This document shows, in pieces, positions 14,216 through 26,700 of a stretch of 64,000 nt of DNA (position 1 is the stretch's first letter; the number at the start of each line of letters is the position of its first letter). The notes below the pieces were generated by a model. That model did not search any database. It was not told where the DNA came from and saw nothing but the letters and a program-made list of their open reading frames with translations. Origin of the DNA: Mytilus edulis (Eukaryota); assembly GCF_963676685.1 (NCBI RefSeq), contig NC_092352.1, positions 13,330,001 through 13,394,000 on the forward strand, given 5' to 3'. The position numbers and the translations under genes are program-made.

Positions 14216-14985
14216 CTCATATTCATATTTCATTCACATGCATGACTGTGTATGCAATATTTGTAGCTGGATCCTCCATCAACTCTTATATTACTATCAT
14301 TGCAATGTATTGTCCTCCAAATTATATTTTCTGGTTGTATTCAATGAAGACCCATTGGTGGCCCTAATTAAAGCTGTGTTCATGTTCTTTGGTCAGACAA
14401 AATCCCAGAAATTATTTGAATTACTAGTACCTGTACTACAAATTTGACAGTGTAAACAAGAGCACTACATTTGTAATTTAATTACTAATAAATACTTACA
14501 TGATAAACAAGCATTTCCTTATGTGATATTATTCCTCTTCTGAATAATTCTTACAAACTAATCACAATCGTGAAATTTCCATATCTTATATTAAGCCTTC
14601 TATTTTCCTGGTGTCTTGTTTCACCTTATGATAGATCACATAAAATGTTCATGTAGCTAGAAATTTAAAGGCAACAGAATTATTACCATTAATCCCTGTA
14701 CACATATATATATATATTACCTTGCAAGTTATTTAAAGTAAAGGAAATATCTTTTAAAAAATCTAATTATTCTAGACATAATTAAAATTTTTAAACTTTG
14801 TAGAAATATCAAAAACAGATTTGTATGATAATATGGTAAGATTCAATACAGTTTATATACTAGATGTTCATTATTGTCAATAATTCTACATATTGAACTT
14901 TGACATCAAAATTTATTAATTGCTTTTAAATACATCCATACTATTATATTAATAGTTATCAAAGGTACCAGGATTATAATTTAGT

Positions 14986-15029
14986 ACGCCAGACGTGCGT
15001 TTCATCTTCATAAGACTCATCAGTGACGC
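14986..15029 (-). ncRNA. Minimal type I hammerhead ribozyme motif in a Penelope-like terminal repeat fragment (about 14950-15137)
   Basis: Minus strand reads GCGTCA CTGATGA GTCT TATGA AGAT GAAAC GCAC GTC TGGCGT. It has the core boxes CUGAUGA and GAAA, a GUC cleavage triplet, stem I GCGTCA/TGGCGT and stem II GTCT/AGAT. Confidence 0.7.
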
Positions 15030-15430
15030 TCATATCAAAATATTTATAAAGCCAAACAAGTACAAAGTTTAAGAGCATTGAGGATCCAAAATTCCGAAAA
15101 GTTGTGCCAAATACGGCTACGGTAATCTATGCCTGGGTTTACCTGCATGAAATAATGAACAAACACTTTCATTAACTTGATATTTTAATATACTTCAAAA
15201 TGTTGTACTGTTACACAAGTGTTGGTTAAAATGTTCTCAAAATATTTGAAAAGTTAAAAGGTTTCTGACCATATAAGTACAATGTAATACAAATATTGTT
15301 TGGGTGATTTTTAATATCATATATTCATACATTTATCAAATATAATATGTGAGTAATAGAGATTTATGATGTGTCAAAAAATAGCCAGTAATTATTAGCT
15401 TTAGGTATATTTTCCATACCAAAAAAGGAT

Positions 15431-15733
15431 AGAATAAAATTTCATTTCAATAACTGTATAAATATTTGAAATGAATTATCTTCTTATCAGTGACTTTTAC
15501 TTGACTATAAGATTAGAGATTATGTCTTCAGGCTTAAATATATATATTTTTTTTAAATATATATTTAACCCCAATGCAAATTATAAGAATAAAATTTCAT
15601 TTCAATAACTGTATAAATATTTGAAATGAATTATCTTCTTATCAGTGACTTTTACTTGACTATAAGATTAGAGATTATGTCTTCAGGCTTAAATATATAT
15701 ATTTTTTTAAATATATATTTAACCCCAATGCAA
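15431..15733. repeat. Near-perfect tandem duplication of about 150 bp
   Basis: 15431-15579 is repeated at 15586-15733. Confidence 0.9.
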
Positions 15734-15829
15734 CCGTACAGTGGCCCAAAGCTGTTAATTCCTGTGTCATTTGGTCTCTTGTTGACTGTCGTCTCATTGA
15801 CAATCATACCACAACTTCTATTTTATATA

Positions 15830-18026
15830 AAACCAGATGCTCCGCAGGGCACAGCTTTATACAACTGCAGAGTTTGAACCCTGAACATTGGGGCAAGTAT
15901 GGACACAACATTCAAGCTTGATACAGCTTTGAATTTGGATTGTGATTAAATAGTTGACACAACACAGGTTTCTGACACATAATGAATGTGGTTTAAGAAC
16001 TTAAACTTAAAAACTTAAAATTTTAAATTGGACATTGCCTACACAGCCAATTTTGCATAGGTACTATGTATGTACCAAAAATTTGTAGTACTGGAAATAT
16101 ACTTTTCATATTCAGTACTATTTTGTTACTCTAAAATTATTGTGATATTTAGGTACTTGTATTTTACAGTATTAGATTTGTACTTGAAAATTTAAGTACT
16201 ACATATTTTTGGTTACATTTTCAGCATTTTGATAGTATGTCTATTTTAAATCTCTTAAAATTATGATTTTCAAACATGGAATATTGTGATCCCTTTTGGT
16301 ATTATTTCTGTACCAAAATTTTAAGTACAAATCAAGTACTGTAAAATACAGGTATGTAAATAGTACAATAATTTTAAAGTAAAGAAATAGTACTAAATAT
16401 CAAAAGTAAATTTTCAGTACTACAGATTTTAAGTACAAAAATAGTAACTATGCAAAATTGGCTGTACGTTTTATGGTCCAATATCAAAAATCTAAATACA
16501 TGGTTAGATTCAGCTTAACAAAGAAACCCCAAGAATTCAATTTTTGATGAAATCAAATAAAGTTCAATTTTGGACCCTTTAGAACTCAATGTGAACCAAT
16601 TTGATAACCGGGCCTAAATATCAAAAATCTAAATACATGGTTAGATTCAGCATATTGAAGTGAAGAACCCCATATATTGAATTTTTGTTGAAATCAAACA
16701 AAGTTTAATTTTGGACCGCAATTTGGACCAACTTGAAAACTGGGCCTATAATCAAAAATCTAAATACAGGTTTAGATTCAGCATATCAAAGGACCCCAAG
16801 GATTCAATTTTTGTTGAAATCAAACAAACTTTAATTTTGGACCCCGATTTGGACCAACTTAAAAACAGAGCCTATAAGCAAAAATCTTAATACTTGTTTA
16901 GATTCAGCATATCAAAGGACCCCCAAGGATTCAATTTTTGTTAAAATCAAACTTAGTTTAATTTTGGACCCTTTAGACCTTAATGTAGACCAATTTGAAA
17001 ACGGGACCAAAACTTAAGAATCTACATACACAGTTAGATTTGGTATATCAAAGAACCCCAATTATTTAATTTTTGATGAAATCAAACAAAGTTCAATTTT
17101 GGACCCTTTGGGCCCCTTATTCCTAAACTGTTGGGACCAAAACTCCCAAAATCAAACCCAACCTTCCTTTTATGGTCATAAACCTTGTGTTTAAATTTCA
17201 TAGATTTCTATTCACTTATACTAAAGTTGTGGTGCAAAAACCAAGAATAATGCTTATTTGGGACCTGTTTTTGGTCCCTAATTCCTTAACTGTTGGGACC
17301 TCAACTCCCAAAATCAATCCCAACCTTCCTTTTGTGGTCATAAACCTTGTGTTTACATTTCATTGATTTCTATTTACTTATACTAAAGTTATTGTGCGAA
17401 AACCAAGAATAATGCTTATTTGGGTCCTTTTTTGGCCCCTTATTCCTAAACTGTTGGAACCAAACATCCCAAAATCAATCCCAACCTTCCTTTTGTGGTC
17501 ATAAACCTTGTGTTAAAATTTCATAGATTTCTATTTACTTTCTATTTACCAAAACTCCCAAAATCAATCCCAACCTTCCTTTTGTGGTCATAAACCTTGT
17601 GTTAAAATTTCATAGATTTCTATTCACTTTTACTAAAGTTAGAGTGTGAAAACTAAAAGTATTCGGACGAAGACGACGACGCAGACGACGACACCAACAT
17701 CATACCAATATACGACCAAGTTGTATAAAAACCCCAAGAATTCAATTTTGTTGAAATCAAACAAAGTTTAATTTTGGACCGCAATTTGAACAAACTTGAA
17801 AACTGGGCCAATAATAAAAAATCTAAGTACATGTTTAGATTCAGCATATCAAAGAACCTTAAGAATTCATTTTTTGTTAAAATCAAACTTAGTTTAATTT
17901 TAGACCCTTTGGACCTTAATGTAGACCAATTTGAAAATGGGACCAAAAATTAAGAATCTACATACACAGTTAGATTCGGCATATCAAAGAACCCCAATTA
18001 TTCAATTTTTGATGAATTCAAACAAA
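15830..18026 (+). mobile_element. Non-autonomous Helentron/HINE-like element with internal tandem repeats, plus a partial duplicate
   Basis: Starts AAACCAGATGCTCCGCAGGG. Internal repeats of about 125-170 bp (TTAGATTCAGCATATCAAAG; CAAAATCAATCCCAACCTTCC). (GAC)n microsatellite near 17667-17692. Family assignment is inference. Confidence 0.65.
16043..16465. mobile_element. Fold-back MITE nested in the preceding element
   Basis: TIR ACAGCCAATTTTGCATAG / CTATGCAAAATTGGCTGT; the imperfect inverted match extends about 150 bp. Confidence 0.85.
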
Positions 18027-18034
18027 TATAAAAA

Positions 18035-18280
18035 AGAAGATGTGGTATGATTGCTAATGAAACAACTATCCACAAAAGACCAAAATGACACAGAAATTAA
18101 CAACTATAGGTCACTGTACGGCCTTCAACAATTAGCAAAGCCCATACCACATAGTCAGCTATAAAAGGCCCCGATAAGACAATGTAAAACAATTCAAACG
18201 AGAAAACTAACGGCCTTATTTATGTAAAAAAAATGAACAAAAAACAAATATGTAACACATACACAAACAACAACCACTGT
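18035..18280 (+). mobile_element. High-copy dispersed SINE-like repeat; further fragments near 5186, 6770-7020, 8800-9025, 21490 and 41685
   Basis: AAGAAGATGTGGTATGATTGC.AATGA.ACAACT...ACTATAGGTCAC.GTACGGCCTTCAAC recurs in both orientations across the window. Confidence 0.75.
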
Positions 18281-18840
18281 ATAAGAAAAATGCTTCTGCA
18301 CTGAAATGATCCAACCCTTTCATTCTTACAGTATTCTTTTGGAACCCTAGGCACATGCCAAAGTATATATCCTTTTTAAATAGCACCACAGAGCAGTAGC
18401 CAAAGTAGCTTTAAAGAGTCCTAAAACTATTTATATTCAATAAGATATTGAAATCAAAAGTTGATTTTAAAAATTTAGCTTTGGGCACTCTCTCTTGATC
18501 ATGAAGAGCTTCCTTTATAAGGTTTGTAACGCGGCTGAAACCAGGGCTAGGGGATGTTTTAAACTTCAGTGAGGTGACAGATTTTGCACTGTATTGAAGG
18601 TCGCTGTAACTTTGAGATGAAGAACAGCAATAAAAGTGATGTTCCTTTGCTTTTTTGTGTATTTTTCTGTGCACATACTGAATTTCTCATGGATGGATAC
18701 CCCATACAGTTTTCTTTTCTTAAAATTAACTGAAGGATTGATGAAGTAATTGATCAAACAAAAACGTAAAACCATTCATAAAATGTAACTGTAACCTAAA
18801 ACTTACAAGTTTGACTGCAATAAAATATCTATTTGTCTCA

Positions 18841-18952
18841 GGCCAAATACTTTTAAGTCTTAATGATAGTCTAACCTAAAGCATCTTGTCATTATTTATT
18901 AAGCACTGTTTTTTAGATGTAACTGGAACCATACATACTATTTTATTTGGCC
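18841..18952. mobile_element. Short MITE with 3-bp TSD (TCA); same family as 39385-39618
   Basis: GGCCAAATA ... TATTTGGCC termini flanked by TCA/TCA; shares GTAACTGGAACCA with the second copy. Confidence 0.7.
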
Positions 18953-21900
18953 TCAACATTTGACATTTGTTGCAGGAGAGGCAAACAGTATAGAGGATAG
19001 CAAAGACAACTCCATGTTGTACATTTACCCAAGCTTTCATATATATATATATATATACATGATCTCTAAATTGAAATACATTAACACGATATGTAGGACA
19101 TGAATAAATAGAGATTTTAGGTTAAAAAAAAACAATGTGACAGCAACCCAAAACGTCTTGTATAAAAAGTATAAATATTGTTACTTATAAACTTGAACTA
19201 CAAAATTCACACACATACTTCATTTCAAAATTGTTTTTCTCCAAAAAATAATTTCCATATAAATAGTTATCCTTGAAAAAATGTAGGGTATCAAATTTAT
19301 AATCCAGCTAAACAAATGTTGAACTAAAAAATATCAGTTGATCAAATAGAATTAACCTCAAACTGATATATATAACGAAATGCATACTATCTGATAAAAG
19401 CAGCTAATTATTAAACCACTCTCCACAGTTAAAGAACGGATTTCTAAATTTACTAACTAAAATTTCATTCTATACTCTTTTCAAATCAAAAATCTAACCA
19501 AGTATCTATTTTGCATAGACATTTTAACATTAATTTCTTGAGATTCCCAAGTTAAATATAAAATTTAAATACTTAGATCTTAATAATACAGAATTAAAAG
19601 TAAACTTACTTAACACTATACATGTGACCTGTTCAGGTAATTCTGTTTTAAATCCTTGTTAAACTATAGTGACATCTTTATACAACTGATTAACAAAAAA
19701 ATTTAAACTGTGGAAATCAATAAGCCGTTTAACCTCAATAAAAGAAAAAAAAAATTCCATTTTACCTGTCCAAGGATAATTAGGATGATTATCCTAACAA
19801 TACTTATCTTTTTGATGATAATAGAAAATATACAATACATATACGAGACTCGTATTTAATTTGACTGTTTGTTCTATACATGTAAAAAACATATCTGAAA
19901 ACATTTGCTTAGCGAACTTTTGACAACGTCTTCTTTCATATCTATGGACAGTATTATATAAACTAAAAGTTAAATTATTAATGTTTAATCATACCAAAAA
20001 TTGACCAAATACATTGTCCAGGCTAACACCAAAAGTCATAATTCTATTTACAAATAGATATCTAAGATAATGAACTTTAATTAACAGTAATGAAGTAATG
20101 AAGATGAATTCATCAATAAATTTTCAATTGGTTTTTGGTGGGTTTTTTTAGGGGAGGGACAAAAATGACTGGTTCTGCCTCTGATTTAAACATGTTTAAA
20201 ATTGATCAGTATTGTTGAAGGTCATGTCTGGAAAAAGAAGTAAAAAAAAATCCTTATACAGTTCCATATAATTATTATAAAGTGTACAACTTCAATATAT
20301 TTGCAATATTCCTGTGAAGTTTCATGGTTTTAGATCTAAGAAAACTGTAATAGGATTTGTTTACATAAAACTTAAACCCTCTTTTATAAATTTTGCTAGA
20401 AAAAAAAGTTCTAAAGTCTGAAAAATATAGCAGGAGAACAACTTCAAGATATTTGAAGTGCCCCAGAGTGGTAAACAGACCCACATGTATCATCCCTCAT
20501 GACAACATATTGAACTTAGAAGGGACAACAACTTGCAGAAGAAATCCAAGATATCTGAAACAAAATAGATAAGTGGTACATGTTCTACAATTACATGGAA
20601 GAAAGTTAACAATTGTATTGACCAATATAAAGTTTACAGTACATTGGATCTTCAGTAATAAATTCATAAAACCAAAGGAAATTCACAAGCAATTATTGAA
20701 TTGAATTAAATCACATTGACTATAGAGTATCTTTTACAATAATGCTTCTAAATTTAAAACCAATTTGTTTATACATTTTTAATTGTATCAATTAAAGATG
20801 AAACTTCATCAATACCTTAATCAATGTGCCATTTAAGTTGTTAACAAATCATTTTTAAAATAGAACAACTAAAAAAGTAATTTTAATGCAATCAAGATTT
20901 TACAAGAATGCACTATTGTTGTGCTAAGCTTATATAACCTCCACTAGTAATTTAAAGTATCCAGAGACAGAAAGTAATTGTGTGGCAGATTCCATAAAAG
21001 CACATCACAATTGAGCTGGTCACCAAATATTAAGTCATTCTATTGAATACTTTCCCAAAAGTATGAAGAAAAATGTTAGGGTTCATTCATCATTTTAAAA
21101 ATCCAAAGTATCGGTAGACAGAAAGAAGTTATTGGAGAGATCTCAAAAATAATCAATGTTACCAGACATCGATGCTGAGTTGTTGACCAAATAAGAAATA
21201 ATTCTGTGTTTTAGTTTGAGAAAAAAAAGTGTGACTAAAACATTTTCAGACAATGTGATTGCAATACATCCCTCACTTTTAGAGTGGAGCAATAAAAATA
21301 AGTGTAGTAGAAATGGCTTACCCTTTTTTGAGCACCTTTTTTTATCCTAAAACTGGCTGATTGATGCGAAATACACCATTTTCTTTTCTTTTCTTGCTGT
21401 TTTTCCTTTTATCTGTTGGCCATGGTGTTGAAGACCTGTTTGAAACTTTCTACTTAGTAAAATGCCATGTCTTAACAATATAAAAATAAGAAAATGTGGT
21501 AAGATTACAATGAGATAATTCTTTACCAGAAACCAAATGACATAGACATTACCAACTATAGGTCACTGTACAGCCTTCAACAATGAGCAAAATCCATACA
21601 GTAAAGTCAGCTGTATGCATATTGTAAAAGTATTGAAATACTTATCATTTGTAATACTGCAATCTGTTTCGAGCAGAAATTTAAATTTCCTATAAAATTA
21701 ATTCCACTGAAAACAAGTCATTATATTTATGTCACATATCACTCTGCCAAACATTGTAAATAACCAGGTTAACACTAAACTAATTCTGTTTTGGGTTTTT
21801 TTCCTTTACAATAGCAGTTTATACCTATCTCATACAGAATATGATTTAATAGGCATAAACATGAAAATTAGCCAAAAATTGTCAGTTAAGGGCAATAACT

Positions 21901-22570
21901 CCTTGGTGCAAACTGGAAATCGGTAGATCTCGACATTCTTAGCATGTTTGCCACTACCAGATAAGTTCTTTTATAGTTTATAAGACATATGGCAATTAAT
22001 GCATGTTACCCAGCTGTTCTTTTTTAGCCAAGGCAGCCATTATTCTTGACAGACAAGATTAAAATACAAAAACTTTGTGTTGGATATGCAAAGGAACAGT
22101 TCAAGACGGTTTTGCAGGTTCAGTGGAAAAGATTTTAGAAAAAGTTTACAACAACAGACCTAATAGACCTAGGAGGGCTAAACACTAGTCTTATACTGCC
22201 ACATGTAAATTTGTTTTGTTGAACTGGTATTGTTTAAATTCCTGTATTTCAGTTTCCAATTTTTGTTTCCTCAACATAGTTTATTAAGTGCTAAAAGAAA
22301 ACCTTTTTTTTTAATTGTCACAGATTGACATTTTGTTATTTACTTATGCTGTGTGCTATATTTTTCTTCCCATAAAATTATTTGCCTAAACCTCATTTCT
22401 CAATCTGCTGCTATTGGCCATTTTTAGATATTTTTTTTTGAAACACTAGCACAGAGGTCAAAGTGAAATATTTTCTGTTTGATAGAAAGGTTAATACTAC
22501 TTTAAAGATATGTTTCAGAGATACTATATTATGTGGGGCTGGTGAGAATTTTAAAGCAAGAATATACTAT

Positions 22571-23550
22571 AGTATTAATGTATGGACTTTTTCATATTGG
22601 CCCTGTAACATGCCCGAGGTGTTAATAATGGCCAAGGATGGTTGTAATGGCCCTGAGGCAACGCCGAGGGCCATTACAACTGTCCGAGGCCATTATTAAT
22701 ATCAAGGGCATGTTACAGGGCCAATATGAAAAAGTCCATATATTGATACTTTTATTAACCAACTATAAAGGCATCTTCATTCAAGAACAGTCTTCGAGTC
22801 TCGGATCCAAAATATTATACAGCTATCCACAAACTACAACAGGACCAATACAGAAAGGCCCGTTTCATAACATTTTTTATTAAATTGTTTTAATTCTTCG
22901 ATTAAACAAAGAGTAGGAAACTTACCGTGAAGAAGATACAGGAAATTTTTTTCATAGCTGAACTTCTACTTGTCTTTTCGCATGGAATTTTGGTCAACAT
23001 TGTGACTGTCAGATGTAATTTCTGATTTCTCATCCAAGTACTTAATTTTATGCTATTAAAATTCATTTCATCTAGCAAATAAAAAGTAGCTGGGAAGAAT
23101 AAATCAGACAGTTTAACTATTCTTTAGTCTGCAATCTGAGGATTGAACAACGGAAATTAAACAGTGATAATAATCGAAAGTCGTACTCGAAAAAGGCTGT
23201 GAAATATTTCCGTTTCAAGTCGTTACAAAACAATGTGAATGAACATCATTTAAACTTGTTTTTATGATATTAAGTTTTAAAAAAAATAAAAAAATGTCAC
23301 GCTTATTTAAAGAAATAAACGACATTTTGATTTAATCGATGTCCCGTTTCATCTGTTCATAATGCATGACTGTGATTTCGTAATGCACGGGTGTGATTTC
23401 GTAATGCATGACTGATATTTCGTAATGCATGACTGAGATTTCGTAATGACTGGCTGTAGCAATTTTTCCGTTCATAATAACCAGATGTTGAAATTTTCCC
23501 TTTATAAAGCATGGGCATTTCTATACATATTGTAGTAAGTTGGTTAATAA
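22571..23550. mobile_element. Element with a 180-bp terminal palindrome and a subterminal inverted repeat (Crypton-like non-autonomous architecture)
   Basis: Hairpin at 22571-22750 centred on GGC-AAC-GCC. TTATTAACCAACT (22752) pairs with AGTTGGTTAATAA (23538-23550). Internal TAATGCATGACTG.GATTTCG repeats. Superfamily is inference. Confidence 0.7.
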
Positions 23551-23746
23551 AAGTTTTTTTTGATCCTGAAGATTAAAAAAGTCAGGTCTTCAGATCATAA
23601 AACTAACAAATAAAAAACTATGCCCAACAATAAAATGAGTCAAGGTTTCAACAAACATAAATTTATTTGTCCTTATAATACACTAATTCAAACAAATATC
23701 GTTCTTTTCACAATGTTTTTTTAAAGACTCAAACTGTCAGAGCCAT

Positions 23747-26700
23747 CTACACAGCTTCAGGTGACTTTCGTCGTTCCCAGATCATTCTATGCTTTTGTTT
23801 CATGTAAGCCTCAACAACAGTAGAGTTATATCCTAAATCACCATCTACAAAGGATGAATAAATTATACTTAAAAAAAACATGCAAGAATAAAATCCAAGT
23901 TGTATAAATCACCATCTACAAAGGATGAATAAGTTATACTCAAAAAACATGCAAGAATAAAATCCATGTTGTATAAATCACCATTTACAAAGGATGAATA
24001 AGATATACTTTTAAACACAACATGCAAGAATAAAATCAAAAGTTGTAAAATCTCAGTATTCTTTAAAAGACTTTAAAAAATGTTCTCTTCACACAAGGAT
24101 AACTTTTTTTACAAGAAAAATTAGGTGCACAACCACATAGTGACATACTACCTGAGAAGTCTGAATACATTACAAGAAATGTTTTCCAAAATTTGGACTA
24201 TAAAAAAAGGTTTGCAATATATTGCAAGTAATGTTTTCAAAAATTTGTACTGCAAAAACAAAGGTGTGCAAGTTTCAATGTAACAGGGTTGGGAAGGTGA
24301 GCTGTGGCTATAGTTTATTAAGTTACATTCGTGTAGTATTTTCATACATTCACATAGAACATGTGTACCAAATTGTACCAAACTACCATCATTATGACAA
24401 TTGATGGAACTGTGTCCCTATTTAAAGTGTACTCAAGTCTAATATGTCACTTCAGTAATCTGATGATCATTCTATTTTGATATTTTTATTAAATTTGTTT
24501 ACAATATCTGATCACTGCCAAAAATTCTATTTATCCATTTTCCAAATAAAGTTTAGTACAATTTATAAATTAGGGTAAATGAGATTCAAACTAAACCTTG
24601 ATCACTGACCCTTGAAATGTGGTCCATGTGATGTGACCTCTATCTGATGGACATGTAGACATTGCGAGAAACTTATACACAAAACATAGTTATCCTATTA
24701 CTCATATAAAGTGAATATTTCACATGAACAAACAATTTTTTTTCTAGAAGTCACTGAACCATAAAAATAAGGTCAAGGACATCAAACATATGACGGATGG
24801 AAAGTTTGTAATAAAAGACATCTTTACACAAGGTATGAAGCATTTCGCTTCTACCTTCTTTAAAATAAAGCTTGATCAAAATAATTTATTAGTTATCATA
24901 GAACATCTTTATAATCACTTCCTTATTTCTGTCTTAAACTTTACATGTACTGATTAAAGTCTGATTTTGTATAAATAACATAAATTGTGTAATGCTAACA
25001 AGTTCAGATTTGTTAAAAATGTTACTGACAATGAATAATGCAGTCTTCATTTTAATTAAGGTGGTACCCAACACCTTACTTAAATTGATTTGGCTTGTAT
25101 AATTTTCATAAAAATTTGACAAAATATTTACTTTTTTTCAAAACAAATGAACCAATCACTTTCTCAGAAAAAAATGGTTGGATACATAGCAGTTTGACAA
25201 ACAGTGGTGTAGCTTGCATGTATGCTCAGATGCTCAAGCATCCACATCATTTTGATAAAAAAAAAATTAAAATAAAAAATTAAAAAATGTATTCGTAGGA
25301 GTTGAACTCGTATACTTGTATCCAAATGTAGCAAGGATGGAGATATGAGGATAATGTCCAATCATTTCTAAAGCAGTATGCACGGTCTTTTATGTATGAT
25401 CAATTAGTTTATGAAAACAAGATGTATCAATCGCAGAAAAGTGTTCTGACTTTCTGACTTCTTTCGTAAAAAGTCTATGTCGTCAGCTATGGCAAGCCCA
25501 GACAGAGGATGATGACAGGCAAACCCGCGGAGATGTCTCATCTGAAATTTGGGCCAAGCGGAGAGATGGCTTCTCAACTGACGTAGCAACGTTACTAACA
25601 ACTAAACCACCATTTATATCCTAGAATCGTTTCCTCTGACTTGAAAGAAGAAGTGATAAAAACATGAATTGAAAAAAAAATAGAGTATGATAATTAATGG
25701 GCCTATATTTACCCGTTTCCATCTAGATACAAATAATATTTTTTCAATAAAAGAAGAGCCAATGCCCCCATATTGCAATTTTTTTTTTCTATCCAAGAAG
25801 CAAGAATATAACTAAAAATAATATCTAAAGAGAAATAAAAGCTTCAGAGCAAATGCAATGGGATTTCCATTATAATTTTTATTTCAAAGGGGCATAACCA
25901 GTTAAAAATATTTGATCAGGACTTATTTTTGATAATGTCAAAGACATTGCTGATGATTTAAGTTTTTTAATAAAAATCTGGAAAGAATTATACACATGAG
26001 AGTGCCAACAAGACCGAACAGACGGAGGGACGGACGCCCGATATTTCCATGTCCCCTGCAACGCGTTAAGTGAAAGAATAATCACTTCGGTTCCTATATT
26101 CTGAAGTTCCAGCATATACAGAAGTGCTGCTGTAATGGGTCCATTTTTGAGATGTCAAATATAAGATTTGGTGGAAACTTTTACATCAAATATTTATCAT
26201 GTTTATGAATTGAATGATAATAGTTTTGAGAAAACAATAAAATTATGTTGGAAATATATGAATGGTTGAGTATTTTGAAATTACATAAAAACTCTAACAA
26301 GTGATGGATTCTGGGGGAGTACACGTGCAAAAAGGAAATGTCAGAAAAAGATATATAATTTTCTGCATAAAAAGATCTCTAAAAAAAAATTCGCCTCGCT
26401 TTGCTCGCCAACAGTTTGGCATCCACATCATTTCAATCCTGGCTACGCCACTGACAAACACTAATTTTGATCATTGAGGAGCTTAATATATCCTTAACAA
26501 TACAATGTGATTAAAACGTTTAGCTGATTTTACAGAGTTATCTCCGTGTAGTGTTAGGTACCACCTTAATAAAAAATCTTACAACACAGGCCAGTACAAA
26601 TATTGTTGTACCAGCAAAATTTTTCTTAAAGACAGATTTCAAAGTTCAAAGTTTTTTTGTGAAGAAAGATTATTTTGATGAGAGAAACAACAGTGTTTGG

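Noticed and set aside
14500-14549. Possible non-coding 5'UTR exon of the ankyrin gene (CAG...GTAAGT on the minus strand)
   Set aside because: Splice signals alone are insufficient without transcript data.
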